Numbered from the stretch's first letter, positions 9,358 through 20,698 are shown. The stretch is 64,000 nucleotides of DNA from an uncultured Lachnospiraceae bacterium (GCA_964566025.1 CAZMHF010000001.1:24310-88309), one strand, 5' to 3'. Made by a program: numbers and translations. The notes: generated by a model from the sequence alone, not told the origin.

Positions 9358-10419
9358 ATGAGAGAATTTATTATCGGCCCGCAAGAAGCAGGGCGTAAAG
9401 TACATAAATATATTTCCCTGGTTCTTGCAAATTCATCTGGGAGTTTCGCTTATAAAGCATTACGAAAAAAAACAATTGTTGTTAATGACAAAAAAGTGGA
9501 TCCTAATTATGAGCTTGTTGTCGGGGATTGTGTTAAGATGTATTTGAGTGAAGAAACATTTTTGAATCTTTCGAATAAAAATCAAGCGACAAAAACACTT
9601 AACGAAGAGCATATCTATCAAGAGTTTTATAAGTATTTTCCTTGCGAAAACAAGAGTCTAACGATTGATTTTGTAACGCTTTTTAAACAAATTATTATTT
9701 TTGAAAATGAACATATCTTGTTAATGAATAAGCCACAAGAAATGTTATCACAAAAAGCAACGGAATCGGATATTTCTTTGATTGAATATATGAATTTGTA
9801 TTTAACAAAAACATCTAGTACAAAAGGGAGTGTATTTCAATCGGGAATCTGCAATCGCCTAGATAGAAATACAAGTGGTATTGTCATTGGTACAAAGAGC
9901 TTGAAAGGTGCACAGCTAGTCAATTCATTGATTAAGTCCCACAACCTACAAAAATATTATTATTGCATCGTAAAAGGAAGACTGTTAGAGAAACATATAA
10001 AATTGCGTGGGTATTTGACAAAAAATGAAACGACTAACACCGTTTCCATTGAAAAAACTCCATTAAATCATGAGGCGACTTATATTGCAACCGATTATGA
10101 AGTGCTTGCAACGACGGATACATTGTCTTTTTTGAAGGTTCATTTGATTACAGGAAAAAGCCATCAAATTCGCGCACATTTAGCCTCCATTAATCATCCA
10201 GTGATTGGCGATTACAAATATGGCAATCGACAACAAAATCGAATTTTCAAAGAGAAGTATGGCGTAAGGAATCAACTATTACATGCGGTTCAAATTAATT
10301 TTCCATTTATCGAGGATTCGATGTTTCATGATATATCGACACAATTTTTTTTGGCAGAGATGCCATACAATATGAAAAATATTTTGCAAAGTGAGAATTT
10401 AGATGGCAACATGGGGTAG
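9358..10419 (+). CDS. RluA-family pseudouridine synthase (RluC/RluD-like)
   Basis: Catalytic motif CNRLDRNTSGIVI, GKSHQIRAH, S4-like N-terminus. Confidence 0.85.
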   Translation: MREFIIGPQEAGRKVHKYISLVLANSSGSFAYKALRKKTIVVNDKKVDPNYELVVGDCVKMYLSEETFLNLSNKNQATKTLNEEHIYQEFYKYFPCENKSLTIDFVTLFKQIIIFENEHILLMNKPQEMLSQKATESDISLIEYMNLYLTKTSSTKGSVFQSGICNRLDRNTSGIVIGTKSLKGAQLVNSLIKSHNLQKYYYCIVKGRLLEKHIKLRGYLTKNETTNTVSIEKTPLNHEATYIATDYEVLATTDTLSFLKVHLITGKSHQIRAHLASINHPVIGDYKYGNRQQNRIFKEKYGVRNQLLHAVQINFPFIEDSMFHDISTQFFLAEMPYNMKNILQSENLDGNMG

Positions 10420-10933
10420 TAGAGGGCTTCGCGGCTCCACATTTGAAGAAATGATTAATATGACCATAGAACAATATCGACAAAACAACCTTGCCCTTAT
10501 TCAGAAAATTCCAACACCGATTACACCAGTTGAATTTGAAAAGAATACAAGGCATATTACATTGGCTTATTTCGAGCAAAAGAGTACGGTCGATTATATT
10601 GGTGTTGTACAAGGAAATCCTGTTTGCTTTGATGCGAAGGAATCGAAAATAAAAACATATCCATTATCGAATATTCATGAACATCAATATGAGTTTATGA
10701 GAGACTTTGAAAAACAAGGTGGCATATCGTTTATTTTGATTTATTATACGGAACTTAATGAGATTTTTTATGTTCCATTTCGATTGATCGAACATTTTTT
10801 TGCGCGCAGTCAAAATAATGGTCGAAAAAGCTTTACCTATGATGAATTACCGCGCGAATATCAAGTGCCATTGAAGAACAGTTTTATTGTTCAATTTTTA
10901 GAGGCCTTGCAGCTTGATTTAAATGAGCGATAA
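10403..10933 (+). CDS. recU: Holliday junction resolvase RecU
   Basis: SRGLRGSTFEEMIN, IQKIPTP, DYIGVVQG..VCFDAKES and HEHQYEFM match the RecU pattern. Confidence 0.9.
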   Translation: MATWGSRGLRGSTFEEMINMTIEQYRQNNLALIQKIPTPITPVEFEKNTRHITLAYFEQKSTVDYIGVVQGNPVCFDAKESKIKTYPLSNIHEHQYEFMRDFEKQGGISFILIYYTELNEIFYVPFRLIEHFFARSQNNGRKSFTYDELPREYQVPLKNSFIVQFLEALQLDLNER

Positions 10934-10939
10934 AAATGC

Positions 10940-10968
10940 TTGACATGTAGAAGGATGGTTGGTATAAT
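10940..10968 (+). promoter_or_regulatory. sigma-A type promoter of the his operon
   Basis: TTGACA (10940-10945), 17-nt spacer, TATAAT (10963-10968), 66 nt upstream of the hisZ ATG. Confidence 0.7.
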
Positions 10969-11034
10969 TCTTTTAGCTTGTAGCATGATACCATGTTAGC
11001 ATGCTAAAGTGTTAGCGATCAGTAAGGAGTTACT

Positions 11035-12294
11035 ATGACAAATCAATTATTACATACGCCGAATGGTGTTCGGGATTTATATAATTTAGATTGTGCTAGA
11101 AAGCACACAATTGAGAAGGCGATTCGCAAGACGATTTATACGTATGGCTTTCGCGATATTGAGACACCTACATTTGAGTTTTTCGATATTTTTAATAAGG
11201 AGCGAGGTAGTGTTGCTTCAAATGATATGTATAAGTTTTTTGATAAAGACAATAATACATTAGTATTACGACCAGATATCACGCCGTCCATTGCCAGAAG
11301 TATTGCAAAATATTATTCGCAAGAAGAGATGCCTATTCGTCTAAGCTATGGTGGAAACACATTTTACAATAATTCTGACTATCAAGGAAAACTAAAAGAG
11401 GTTACACAAATCGGAGCGGAGCTTGTATTAGATGAAACAAGTGATGCAGATGCAGAGATGATTGCTTGTGTTATTGATTGCTTGTTAGCAAGCGGATTAA
11501 AGGACTTCCAAGTTGAGATTGGACAAGTGGATTACTTAGATGGACTAATTGAAGAAGCCAATTTACTTGAAGAAGACGAGATGCTTTTACGTGAATTAAT
11601 TGAGAATAAGAACCATTTTGGCATTGAGGATCTCCTTTCATCAAAGGATGTAGTGCCTTATGTAAGAGAAGGAATTTTATCCGTTACACAAATGTTTGGT
11701 TCACTAGAACAAATCCTTGAAGCAAAACAATATGCACATGGCGAAAAGGCCAAACAAGCAATTGTTCATCTTGAGAAATTGTATCAAATTCTCACATACT
11801 ATGGTTTCGAATCATATGTAACATTTGATTTATCAATGCTTGGTCGTTATCGTTACTATACGGGAATTATTTTTCAAGCCTATACACATGGAACGGGTGA
11901 GCAAATTGTTCGAGGTGGTCGATATGACAATTTGATTGAACAATTCGGAAAGAAAGCACCTAGTGTTGGATTTGCTATTAATGTCGATCAATTGTTACTA
12001 GCGATGGAACGACAAAAAATTGAAGTTGAGACCGATATAGTTGGTACAATTTTATTATATGAACGAAATCAAAAAGAGATGGCCATTAAGTTAGCACGCC
12101 ATTTACGAAAAGCGGGCGATGCTATACAGCTTATGAAAAAGTTTCACGAGTATTCGCTAGAGGATTATATGGCATTGGCAAAACGAAGCTTTATCGGTGG
12201 CATTTTGTATCTTGACGAAAGTGGAGAAACGGTAGAGGTGATTCCCATGGATGGAGAAAAAACAAGTGTTTCTATCCAACAATTTTTACAATAA
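11035..12294 (+). CDS. hisZ: ATP phosphoribosyltransferase regulatory subunit HisZ
   Basis: HisRS paralogue ([19 protein letters not shown]) directly upstream of a short-form hisG. Confidence 0.9.
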   Translation: MTNQLLHTPNGVRDLYNLDCARKHTIEKAIRKTIYTYGFRDIETPTFEFFDIFNKERGSVASNDMYKFFDKDNNTLVLRPDITPSIARSIAKYYSQEEMPIRLSYGGNTFYNNSDYQGKLKEVTQIGAELVLDETSDADAEMIACVIDCLLASGLKDFQVEIGQVDYLDGLIEEANLLEEDEMLLRELIENKNHFGIEDLLSSKDVVPYVREGILSVTQMFGSLEQILEAKQYAHGEKAKQAIVHLEKLYQILTYYGFESYVTFDLSMLGRYRYYTGIIFQAYTHGTGEQIVRGGRYDNLIEQFGKKAPSVGFAINVDQLLLAMERQKIEVETDIVGTILLYERNQKEMAIKLARHLRKAGDAIQLMKKFHEYSLEDYMALAKRSFIGGILYLDESGETVEVIPMDGEKTSVSIQQFLQ

Positions 12295-12305
12295 GTGAGG
12301 TTTCT

Positions 12306-12947
12306 ATGCGTTATATAACATTTGCATTAGCAAAAGGACGATTAGCAAAAACAGCATTATCGATTTTTGAGGAAATTGGTATTACTTGCGAAGAAATGAA
12401 GGATGAGAAAACAAGAAAACTCATTTTCGTCAATGAAGAATTAAAATTAAAGTTTTTCTTAGCAAAGGCAACGGATGTCCCTACCTATGTTGAATATGGG
12501 GCAGCGGATATCGGAATTGTTGGAAAAGATACCATTTTAGAAGAAAATAAACGTTTATATGAAGTGTTAGATTTGGGATTTGGAAAGTGCAAAATGTGTG
12601 TAGCGGGGCCGCTATCTGCAAAAGAGCAGCTTACCAATCATGCACAAATTCGTGTTGCGACAAAGTACCCTTCAATTGCAAAAGATTATTTTTTCAACAA
12701 AAAACATCAAACCGTTGAAATTATTAAGCTAAATGGCTCTATTGAATTAGCGCCAATAGTAGGATTGTCGGAAGTCATTGTGGATATTGTGGAGACGGGT
12801 TCCACATTGCGCGAAAATGGACTAGATGTATTAGAGGAAATTTGTTCGCTATCGGCACGCATGGTTGTGAATCGTGTTAGCATGAAGATGGAAAGCGAAC
12901 GCATTACAAAGATTATACAAGACTTACGGAATTTAAATTTATCATAA
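12306..12947 (+). CDS. hisG: ATP phosphoribosyltransferase, short form
   Basis: 213 aa; [36 protein letters not shown]. Confidence 0.95.
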   Translation: MRYITFALAKGRLAKTALSIFEEIGITCEEMKDEKTRKLIFVNEELKLKFFLAKATDVPTYVEYGAADIGIVGKDTILEENKRLYEVLDLGFGKCKMCVAGPLSAKEQLTNHAQIRVATKYPSIAKDYFFNKKHQTVEIIKLNGSIELAPIVGLSEVIVDIVETGSTLRENGLDVLEEICSLSARMVVNRVSMKMESERITKIIQDLRNLNLS

Positions 12948-12973
12948 CTAGAGCAAGAAAGGCAGGAGTTACT

Positions 12974-14266
12974 ATGCGTATTATACAATCTGATGAGCAA
13001 ACAAAAGTTGATATCATTGCAACATTATTAAAAAGAGATCCTAATCAATATACACAATATGCAAATACGGTGCAGGGGATTATTGATGATGTTAAGCTTC
13101 GAAAGGATATGGCATTATTTGAATATACCGAAAAATTTGATGGAGCCGTTATAGATGAATCCACGATTCGCGTAACAGAAGATGAAATTCAAGAAGCATT
13201 ACAGCTTTGTGATGAATCTCTTTTGGAGGTAATGCAAAAATCCATTGAAAACATTAAACGTTTTCATGAAAAACAATTGCAAAATAGTTGGTTTAATACC
13301 GAAGAAAATGGTGTTTTACTAGGTCAAAAGGTTTCTGCGATTTCAGATGTTGGCGTATATGTTCCTGGCGGAAAAGCAGCGTATCCTTCTTCTGTATTGA
13401 TGAATATTATTCCAGCAAAAGTAGCAGGCGTTCCTCGTATCACTATGGTAACACCACCTGGAAAAGATGGAAAAGTCAATCCAGCTACATTGGCAGCCGC
13501 TCATTTAGCTGGTGCTACGGAGATGTATAAAGTAGGTGGAGCGCAGGCTATTGCGGGATTAGCATTTGGTACAGAGAGTATTAAAAAGGTTAATAAAATC
13601 GTTGGCCCAGGAAATATCTATGTAACGCTTGCTAAAAAAGCGGTGTATGGTCATGTCAATATTGATAGTACCGCAGGACCTAGTGAGATTTTGATTATCG
13701 CTGATGAAAGTGCTAATCCACGATTTGTTGCGGCGGATTTATTATCGCAAGCAGAGCATGATGAACTAGCATCCTCCATTCTTGTTACGACTAGTATGGA
13801 ATTGGCAAAGCAAGTATCTAATGAAGTTGATACATTCTTAAAAACATTACCACGCACAGAAATTATGCAAAAATCATTAGATAACTATGGATATATCCTT
13901 GTGTGTGATACACTAGAAGAAGCAATTGATTTAGCAAATGAAATTGCTTCAGAGCATTTAGAGATTTTGACAAAAGAACCATTTTACGTGATGACGAAGA
14001 TCAAAAATGCAGGTGCTATTTTCTTAGGTGAGTATAGCTGTGAACCTGTTGGTGATTATTTTGCTGGTCCGAATCACGTTTTACCAACCAATGGAACGGC
14101 TAAATTCTTTTCGCCATTATCGGTAGATGATTTCATTAAAAAATCAAGTGTGATATATTATTCAAAAGAGGCATTACAACCTGTATACAAAGATATTGTA
14201 CAGTTTGCATCATCAGAGCAATTAACGGCTCATGCAAATGCTGTCGCAATACGATTTGAAGATTAG
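12974..14266 (+). CDS. hisD: histidinol dehydrogenase
   Basis: 430 aa; VGPGNIYV, SQAEHDE, SEHLE motifs. Confidence 0.95.
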   Translation: MRIIQSDEQTKVDIIATLLKRDPNQYTQYANTVQGIIDDVKLRKDMALFEYTEKFDGAVIDESTIRVTEDEIQEALQLCDESLLEVMQKSIENIKRFHEKQLQNSWFNTEENGVLLGQKVSAISDVGVYVPGGKAAYPSSVLMNIIPAKVAGVPRITMVTPPGKDGKVNPATLAAAHLAGATEMYKVGGAQAIAGLAFGTESIKKVNKIVGPGNIYVTLAKKAVYGHVNIDSTAGPSEILIIADESANPRFVAADLLSQAEHDELASSILVTTSMELAKQVSNEVDTFLKTLPRTEIMQKSLDNYGYILVCDTLEEAIDLANEIASEHLEILTKEPFYVMTKIKNAGAIFLGEYSCEPVGDYFAGPNHVLPTNGTAKFFSPLSVDDFIKKSSVIYYSKEALQPVYKDIVQFASSEQLTAHANAVAIRFED

Positions 14267-14275
14267 GAGGGAGCT

Positions 14276-14863
14276 ATGGATCGTTTTTCTGAAATAAACC
14301 GCTCAACAAAAGAAACAAAAATTTCAATGATACTAGATGTAGATGGAAGTGGCATTGCGGACATTGATACAGGAATTGGTTTTCTTGACCATATGTTAAA
14401 TAGCTTTGCTAGACATGGTTTTTTTGATCTGAATGTATCGGTAGATGGCGATACGTATGTGGACTCCCATCATACAATTGAGGATACGGGAATTGTTCTT
14501 GGAAAGGCAATTGCAGAAGCACTTGGTGAAAAGCTTTCTATTAAGCGTTACGGATCGGTTATATTACCAATGGATGACGCTCTAGTGCTTGTTAGTATTG
14601 ATTTGTCTGGACGTCCTTATCTTGCCTTTGATGCGAGTTTTAGTGCAGATGCAATTGGTGATTTTGATTTGGAAATGGTAAAAGAATTTTTCTATGCGAT
14701 TAGTTATAGTGCTGGTATGAATTTGCATATTAAGCAATTGGCAGGAGAAAATAATCATCATATTTGTGAATGTATTTTCAAAGCATTTGCGAAAGCGCTA
14801 GATGAAGCAACAAAATTAGATGGTAGAATTAGTGATGTTCTTTCGACAAAAGGAACATTATAA
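14276..14863 (+). CDS. hisB: imidazoleglycerol-phosphate dehydratase
   Basis: 195 aa; RSTKETKI, DSHHTIED and HHICE metal motifs. Monofunctional, with no phosphatase domain. Confidence 0.95.
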   Translation: MDRFSEINRSTKETKISMILDVDGSGIADIDTGIGFLDHMLNSFARHGFFDLNVSVDGDTYVDSHHTIEDTGIVLGKAIAEALGEKLSIKRYGSVILPMDDALVLVSIDLSGRPYLAFDASFSADAIGDFDLEMVKEFFYAISYSAGMNLHIKQLAGENNHHICECIFKAFAKALDEATKLDGRISDVLSTKGTL

Positions 14864-14873
14864 AGGAGAGCTT

Positions 14874-15590
14874 ATGCAATTATATCCAGCAATCGATATT
14901 AAGGATGGAAAATGTGTTCGTTTAACACAAGGGGCATTTGATCAAGTAATCGTTTATGACGATAATCCTGTGAATATGGCACTAAAATGGAAAGCGTGCA
15001 ACGCTTCTTTTATACATATGGTAGATTTGGATGGTGCGCTAAAAGGTCGTGGTGTTAATCGAGATGTCATCAAAGAAACGGCGACACAAATTGATTGTCC
15101 GATTCAATTAGGTGGTGGAATTCGTACACTAAAGGATATTGAAATGGTTCTTGATATGGGTGTTTATCGTGCCATTATCGGAACAAAAGCAGTTGAATCA
15201 CCACAGTTTATAGAAGAAGCAATTCGTCAATTTGGAGCAGAACACCTTGTAATTGGTGTGGATGCCAAATACGGAAAAGTTGCCATTGCAGGATGGGAGC
15301 AAGTTAGTGAATTAAAAGCAATCGATTTAGTTATTCAAATGAAAGATTTAGGCATTCAAACAATTGTGTACACGGATATATCAAAAGATGGTATGTTGAT
15401 GGGGCCAAATGTAGAAGCGACTCAGGAATTATCGGATGCGTCAGGTATTGATATTATTGCTTCAGGTGGCGTAACGACCATGCGCGATTTGGAAGCTATA
15501 CAGACGGCGAATATTCATGGCGCTATCATTGGCAAAGCCTTATATGAAAAACGAATTGATTTGCGTGAGGCTATAGCAAGATTTGAGTAA
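14874..15590 (+). CDS. hisA: ProFAR isomerase HisA
   Basis: [17 protein letters not shown] with the catalytic Asp, GGGIR and SGGV phosphate sites. GGAG lies 5 nt before ATG 14874. The ORF-track start at 14820 overlaps hisB. Confidence 0.95.
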   Translation: MQLYPAIDIKDGKCVRLTQGAFDQVIVYDDNPVNMALKWKACNASFIHMVDLDGALKGRGVNRDVIKETATQIDCPIQLGGGIRTLKDIEMVLDMGVYRAIIGTKAVESPQFIEEAIRQFGAEHLVIGVDAKYGKVAIAGWEQVSELKAIDLVIQMKDLGIQTIVYTDISKDGMLMGPNVEATQELSDASGIDIIASGGVTTMRDLEAIQTANIHGAIIGKALYEKRIDLREAIARFE

Positions 15591-15609
15591 ATACGAAAAC
15601 GGAGACACT

Positions 15610-16692
15610 ATGCTAACAATTATTGCGAAGTTATACTTAAGAGAAACGATGATTTCTTTCACAGAAGATTTTTCGAACAATCAAGAAGCTGTTGAACTAT
15701 TACAAACGTATTCGCATGAAGGAATGGATGCACTGTTATTAGTTGATTGTTCAACAAATGATGCACAACAAGAAGACACTTTTCATACAATTAAAGCGAT
15801 TAATCGCATAATTGATATTCCTCTATATGTGACTGGAGCGCTAAAACGTTTCGAAGATGCTAAAAAATATTTGTATGCAGGTGCTACAAAAGTTTTTTAT
15901 CCAATGGAAGCAAAGACATCTCCAGGATATTCGGAAGCGCTTGTTCGATTTGGAGAAGATAAAATCGTGCTATTTAGTCAAGATGATTTTATGGTGGAGG
16001 ATCCTTCTGTTAATTTTTATGAACTGCGCGTTCAATTAGAAAATGAAGGAAGGCTTGAACCATCTACGAAAACAACCATTCCATTTTCTGATTTCAAAAA
16101 AGACGAGAATGGATTAATCAGTGTGATTGTGCAAGATTATCGAACAAACCAAGTTTTGATGCAAGCCTATATGAACGAAGAAGCCTATTATAAAACACTT
16201 GAAACGGGACGTATGACATATTATAGTCGTAGTCGCCAAGAATTGTGGATAAAAGGACTTACAAGTAGTCATTTTCAATATGTAAAATCGCTTCATAGTG
16301 ATTGTGATCAGGATGCATTGTTGGCAAAAGTCTTTCAAGTCGGTAATGCTTGTCATACGGGAGCGTATTCATGTTTTTACAATGAAATTTTCAACAAAAA
16401 AGAAAGCAAGAAAAATCCTAACGATATATTAACCGATACAATGAATGTGATTATGGATCGTAAAGCAAACCCAAAACAAGGTTCTTATACGAATTATCTC
16501 TTTGATAAAGGTGTCGATAAAATTTTAAAAAAAGTGGCTGAAGAAGCAGGCGAAATTATTATTGCTGCTAAAAATCCAGACAAAGAAGAAATCAAATATG
16601 AGATTGCAGACTTTTTGTATCATGTTATGGTACTAATGGCTGATAAGGATATTACATTAGATGAAGTGATGATGGAGCTAGCGAACCGCTAA
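15610..16692 (+). CDS. hisIE: HisIE (PR-AMP cyclohydrolase / PR-ATP pyrophosphatase) with an N-terminal HisF-like half-barrel remnant
   Basis: The HisI module carries [22 protein letters not shown] and [10 protein letters not shown]. The HisE module carries [24 protein letters not shown]. The first ~125 aa resemble HisF (beta-alpha)1-4: [23 protein letters not shown] lies 5 nt before ATG 15610. Confidence 0.85.
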   Translation: MLTIIAKLYLRETMISFTEDFSNNQEAVELLQTYSHEGMDALLLVDCSTNDAQQEDTFHTIKAINRIIDIPLYVTGALKRFEDAKKYLYAGATKVFYPMEAKTSPGYSEALVRFGEDKIVLFSQDDFMVEDPSVNFYELRVQLENEGRLEPSTKTTIPFSDFKKDENGLISVIVQDYRTNQVLMQAYMNEEAYYKTLETGRMTYYSRSRQELWIKGLTSSHFQYVKSLHSDCDQDALLAKVFQVGNACHTGAYSCFYNEIFNKKESKKNPNDILTDTMNVIMDRKANPKQGSYTNYLFDKGVDKILKKVAEEAGEIIIAAKNPDKEEIKYEIADFLYHVMVLMADKDITLDEVMMELANR

Positions 16693-16830
16693 TTTTAGTG
16701 AATTTGTACAGATTATTAAGAAAATCGAAAAGAATTCTTTAAAAAAAGCATCTTGCGGTCTAGCACATTATACGTTATAATTTAAGTTGTTACTAAAAAT
16801 GAACACATCCTGTAAGGGGACGAGGAGGAA

Positions 16831-18045
16831 ATGATGAAAAAAATCACGAAAAGAGTACTTGCCGTTTTACTTGTTTGCATGATGCTTACAACAGCATTTG
16901 TAGGATGCAGCAAGAAAAATGATTCAAAAGGATCAACACAAGCAAAACCAGGTGTGACAGAAGGAACAACGGCACCTGTTACCCAATCACCAAAAGATGA
17001 ATTTATAAGCAATCTTGACGCTGTATCTAAATTTGAAGCATTTGAATTCGATATTGCTGTAGAGGCAAATGATCAAGAAATTCAATTTGAAGGTGTCATT
17101 GACAAAAAAAACTCAGCAATTGAAATGACAGCTACTTCTAATAACTCTGATTTATTTACGTTTACACTACTAGAAGGAAATTTGTATATCGATATTGATG
17201 GCGTTCTTTCTATGGAAGTTGAAGAAGGTACAACATTGGGCGATATGCTTGAGGGCCTTATAGAACAAGCTAATTTATCGGAAGAGATAGATGTCGATCT
17301 TTTATCCACTATTGGATTTGTAGGTTTTAGCGATCTTGATTTAGGATTTAAAGCTGATGAAAAAGCAACCGCTGATTTAGAAAAAGCGATTAAGGCATTT
17401 GCAGATAGCTTAGTAAAAGAGATCAAAGAAGAAAATTTCTCAAAAGAAAATGATGAAATCAATGTAAAAATAGACAAACAATTTGCAAACGCTGTTCTTA
17501 CAGCCGTTCATGATAATATCGAAAATTTAATGAATGCACTTATGACTTATCAGGAATCTATGCTAAAAGATGTTACAGCAGAGAAAATGTATGATGCAAT
17601 TATGAAAATTGCAGATATGATCTTAAGTAAACTAGAAAACCAAAGTATGAAAGACCTTATCAGTGGAATGATTAAAGACGATTCTTTTAAAAAAGAATTC
17701 ATTGAAGGCTTTGAAGTGGGGCTTAATGCAGGACTTGAGTCAGCATATGACGCAATGAGTATTGAGGATATAAAGAGCGAAATTAAAGATGAAATTGAAA
17801 GCCTTAATGAAGCAAAAGACGAAGAAACAGGCGTATCTTTTGTTTCAACATTTACAAAAGATAATGATGGATTAGGTTCTTTTGAAATTGAAATAGCGTC
17901 TACGAACGAAGATGCTGAATTTGCAATGGCATTTGCAATTGATGAAGTTAAGGAAACAGAAATTGATGTTCCAGAATATACAGACTTCTTTGAAATTCTC
18001 AATATAGTAGTTGATGCTGTTATTCCATTCTTTTTTGTAAATTAA
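16831..18045 (+). CDS. acidic lipoprotein of unknown function
   Basis: Signal peptide with lipobox AFVG-C (MMKKITKRVLAVLLVCMMLTTAFVGC). The mature part is D/E-rich. GAGGAGG upstream. Confidence 0.6.
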   Translation: MMKKITKRVLAVLLVCMMLTTAFVGCSKKNDSKGSTQAKPGVTEGTTAPVTQSPKDEFISNLDAVSKFEAFEFDIAVEANDQEIQFEGVIDKKNSAIEMTATSNNSDLFTFTLLEGNLYIDIDGVLSMEVEEGTTLGDMLEGLIEQANLSEEIDVDLLSTIGFVGFSDLDLGFKADEKATADLEKAIKAFADSLVKEIKEENFSKENDEINVKIDKQFANAVLTAVHDNIENLMNALMTYQESMLKDVTAEKMYDAIMKIADMILSKLENQSMKDLISGMIKDDSFKKEFIEGFEVGLNAGLESAYDAMSIEDIKSEIKDEIESLNEAKDEETGVSFVSTFTKDNDGLGSFEIEIASTNEDAEFAMAFAIDEVKETEIDVPEYTDFFEILNIVVDAVIPFFFVN

Positions 18046-18070
18046 TTGAATTACAACAGGATGATTTCCA

Positions 18071-18108
18071 AAAGCACTTTTCGAAAGAAAGGTGCTTTTT
18101 TTTGTTTT
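18071..18108 (+). terminator. Rho-independent terminator
   Basis: 11-bp stem (18071-18081 with 18088-18098), CGAAAG loop, then a T-run. Confidence 0.8.
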
Positions 18109-18156
18109 CTATGCTATGATATTTGTTGGGCAACTAGTAAGGAGTACGTAATATAT

Positions 18157-20022
18157 ATGAGAAAATTAGCACTATCACAAGAGATTTTACTTAAAGTAGA
18201 AAAACCAGCACGTTATATTGGAAATGAAGTGAATTCTTATCAAAAAAATATGGATGAGACCGCTCTGAATTTTTGCATGTGCTTCCCTGATCTTTATGAA
18301 ATTGGCATGTCACATTTGGGTATGCAAATTTTATATGATATGTTTAATCAAATGCCAAACGTTTATTGCGATCGTCTCTATTCGCCTTGGACAGATTTAA
18401 CGAAAATTATGAAAGAACAAAACATTCCGTTATTTGCTGTGGAATCACAAAGACCTATCAAAGATTTTGATTTTCTAGGCATTACCATTCAATACGAAAT
18501 GTGTTATACCAATATATTGCAAATTCTTGATTTGTCCAATATCCCCTTATTGCAAGCCGAAAGAGGAGAAGAGGATCCCATTGTTATCGGAGGTGGTCCT
18601 TGCACGTACAATCCAGAGCCTTTGGCTGATTTTTTTGATTTGTTCTATATCGGAGAAGGTGAAACACGTTATCAAGAATTATTTGAATTATATATAGATT
18701 GCAAACAACAACATAAGAGTCGTTCGCAATTTTTACTGTCTGCCTCTCAAATACCGGGCATTTATGTGCCTTCTTTATACGAGGTTAGTTACCATGAAGA
18801 TGGAACGGTTAAAGAATATAAACCAAAAGACGCGATAGTGCCCCTAAAGGTGAGAAAAGAAATCGTTTTGGATTTAGATCATACGTATTATCCCGAAAAA
18901 CCAATCGTTCCTTATATAAAGGCTGTACAAGATCGTGTCGTTCTTGAAATTCAACGTGGCTGCATGCGAGGATGTCGTTTTTGTCAAGCAGGTATGATCT
19001 ATCGTCCTGTTCGCGAGCGTGGTATTGAGTTTTTAAAAGATAAGGCAATAAAAATGCTTCGAAATAGTGGTCATGAAGAAATCTCATTAAGTTCTTTAAG
19101 CTCAAGCGATTATTCGCATTTAGAAGAATTATTAACCTATTTGATTAGTGAGTTAGAGGGAGAGGCTATTAATATATCTCTGCCATCGCTTAGAATTGAT
19201 GCTTTTTCATTAGAAATCATGAAAAAAGTTCAGGATATTCGAAAGAGTAGTTTAACTTTTGCTCCCGAAGCAGGCACACAACGTCTTCGTAATGTCATCA
19301 ATAAAGGATTAACCGAAGAAACTATTTTAAATGGAGCTAGCATGGCTTTTTGCGGTGGTTGGAATCGAGTGAAGCTTTATTTTATGCTTGGACTACCAAC
19401 AGAAAATGAAGAAGACATTGAAGGCATTGCTATTTTAGCCAATGAGATTGCTAAAAAATATTACGAAATTCCTAAAGAAGAGCGTAATGGTAAGTGTCAA
19501 ATTGTTGTCAGCACTTCCTTTTTCGTGCCAAAGCCTTTTACGCCATTTCAATGGGCAAAGATGGACACACAACAAAGTTTTCGTGAGAAAGCCAAATTGA
19601 CAAAAATGAAAATTAATGAGCAAATCAATAAAAAAAGCTTGAAGTATAATTGGCACGAAGAGGATCTAACCATTTTAGAAGGGATTTTTGCACGTGGAGA
19701 TCGGAAACTTTCGCAGGTGTTAATGACTGCCTATAACAAAGGTTGTTTATTCGATTCTTGGTCAGAATGTTTTAACTATGCAATGTGGCTTGAAAGCTTT
19801 ACAGCGTGTCAAATTGATATGGATTTTTATACAATACGCGAGCGAAGTGAAACAGAAGTATTTCCTTGGGATATCATTGACTGCGGTGTTACAAAGAAAT
19901 TTTTGTTGCGTGAATGGCATAATGCCAAAGAGGGCATTGTTACATTGAATTGCAAGGAAAAGTGCAATGGGTGCGGTATTATGAGTTTTAACGGAGGGAT
20001 TTGTCTTGAAGCTACGAATTAA
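18157..20022 (+). CDS. radical SAM protein, TIGR03960-like, function unknown
   Basis: CxxxCxxC at 18961-18984 (GCMRGCRFCQAG) and a C-terminal Cys cluster CKEKCNGCG. AAGGAG lies upstream of ATG 18157. The ORF-track start at 18046 runs through the upstream terminator. Confidence 0.8.
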   Translation: MRKLALSQEILLKVEKPARYIGNEVNSYQKNMDETALNFCMCFPDLYEIGMSHLGMQILYDMFNQMPNVYCDRLYSPWTDLTKIMKEQNIPLFAVESQRPIKDFDFLGITIQYEMCYTNILQILDLSNIPLLQAERGEEDPIVIGGGPCTYNPEPLADFFDLFYIGEGETRYQELFELYIDCKQQHKSRSQFLLSASQIPGIYVPSLYEVSYHEDGTVKEYKPKDAIVPLKVRKEIVLDLDHTYYPEKPIVPYIKAVQDRVVLEIQRGCMRGCRFCQAGMIYRPVRERGIEFLKDKAIKMLRNSGHEEISLSSLSSSDYSHLEELLTYLISELEGEAINISLPSLRIDAFSLEIMKKVQDIRKSSLTFAPEAGTQRLRNVINKGLTEETILNGASMAFCGGWNRVKLYFMLGLPTENEEDIEGIAILANEIAKKYYEIPKEERNGKCQIVVSTSFFVPKPFTPFQWAKMDTQQSFREKAKLTKMKINEQINKKSLKYNWHEEDLTILEGIFARGDRKLSQVLMTAYNKGCLFDSWSECFNYAMWLESFTACQIDMDFYTIRERSETEVFPWDIIDCGVTKKFLLREWHNAKEGIVTLNCKEKCNGCGIMSFNGGICLEATN

Positions 20023-20698
20023 ATTTTCAAAAACGGGTTCAATGGTGTATGTTGGACATCTTGATTTGATGCGATATTATCAAAAAGCCATTCGACGTGC
20101 GCAGATTCCAATTATGTATTCACAAGGATTTAATCCACATCAAATTATGTCATTTGCGCAACCACTAGGTATTGGCGTTGAAGGTTATGGTGAATATTTT
20201 GATATTGAAGTGAGCAAACTACTTCCGAGCAAACAAATAACAGATCAATTAAATGCTGTTATGACAGAAGGCAATCAAATTCTTGCCGTAAAGCTATTGG
20301 AAGATAGCGCAAAAACATCTATGTCCTTAATTACAGCGGGTGATTATGAACTCACTTTGCAACAAGCTGAAGCATCACAAGAACAGCTACAAGATAAAAT
20401 CAATTCTTGCATGCAACAAGAAACCATTATGATTATGAAAAAAACAAAGCGTAGCGAAATGATGATGGATCTAAAGCCAATGATTTATTCAATTTATGCC
20501 ATTGCACCTGACAAAATTTCTATGCGCTTAGCAACAGGAAGTAGTGGAAATTTAAATCCATCCTATGTGATGGAAGCAATTTTTAAAGAGGACGTCCACT
20601 TTACGATTGCAAGACATGAATTATATACAACTATTGTTGACGAAGACGGGAATGAAACATTATTGCCTCTAGAAGAAACAGGAATTGACATTGTATGA
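20006..20698 (+). CDS. radical-SAM-linked protein, TIGR03936/DUF2344-like
   Basis: TTG start 6 nt after GGAGGG, overlapping the radical SAM gene end. The N-terminus KFSKTGSMVYVGHLDLMR is typical of this family, which usually follows or is fused to TIGR03960. Confidence 0.7.
   Translation: MKLRIKFSKTGSMVYVGHLDLMRYYQKAIRRAQIPIMYSQGFNPHQIMSFAQPLGIGVEGYGEYFDIEVSKLLPSKQITDQLNAVMTEGNQILAVKLLEDSAKTSMSLITAGDYELTLQQAEASQEQLQDKINSCMQQETIMIMKKTKRSEMMMDLKPMIYSIYAIAPDKISMRLATGSSGNLNPSYVMEAIFKEDVHFTIARHELYTTIVDEDGNETLLPLEETGIDIV

Noticed and set aside
10969-11034. A T-box or attenuator leader upstream of hisZ.
   Set aside because: The leader is only about 66 nt from the -10 to the ATG. It holds a single short hairpin (TAGCATG/CATGCTA). 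That is too short for a T-box, and there is no His-rich leader peptide.
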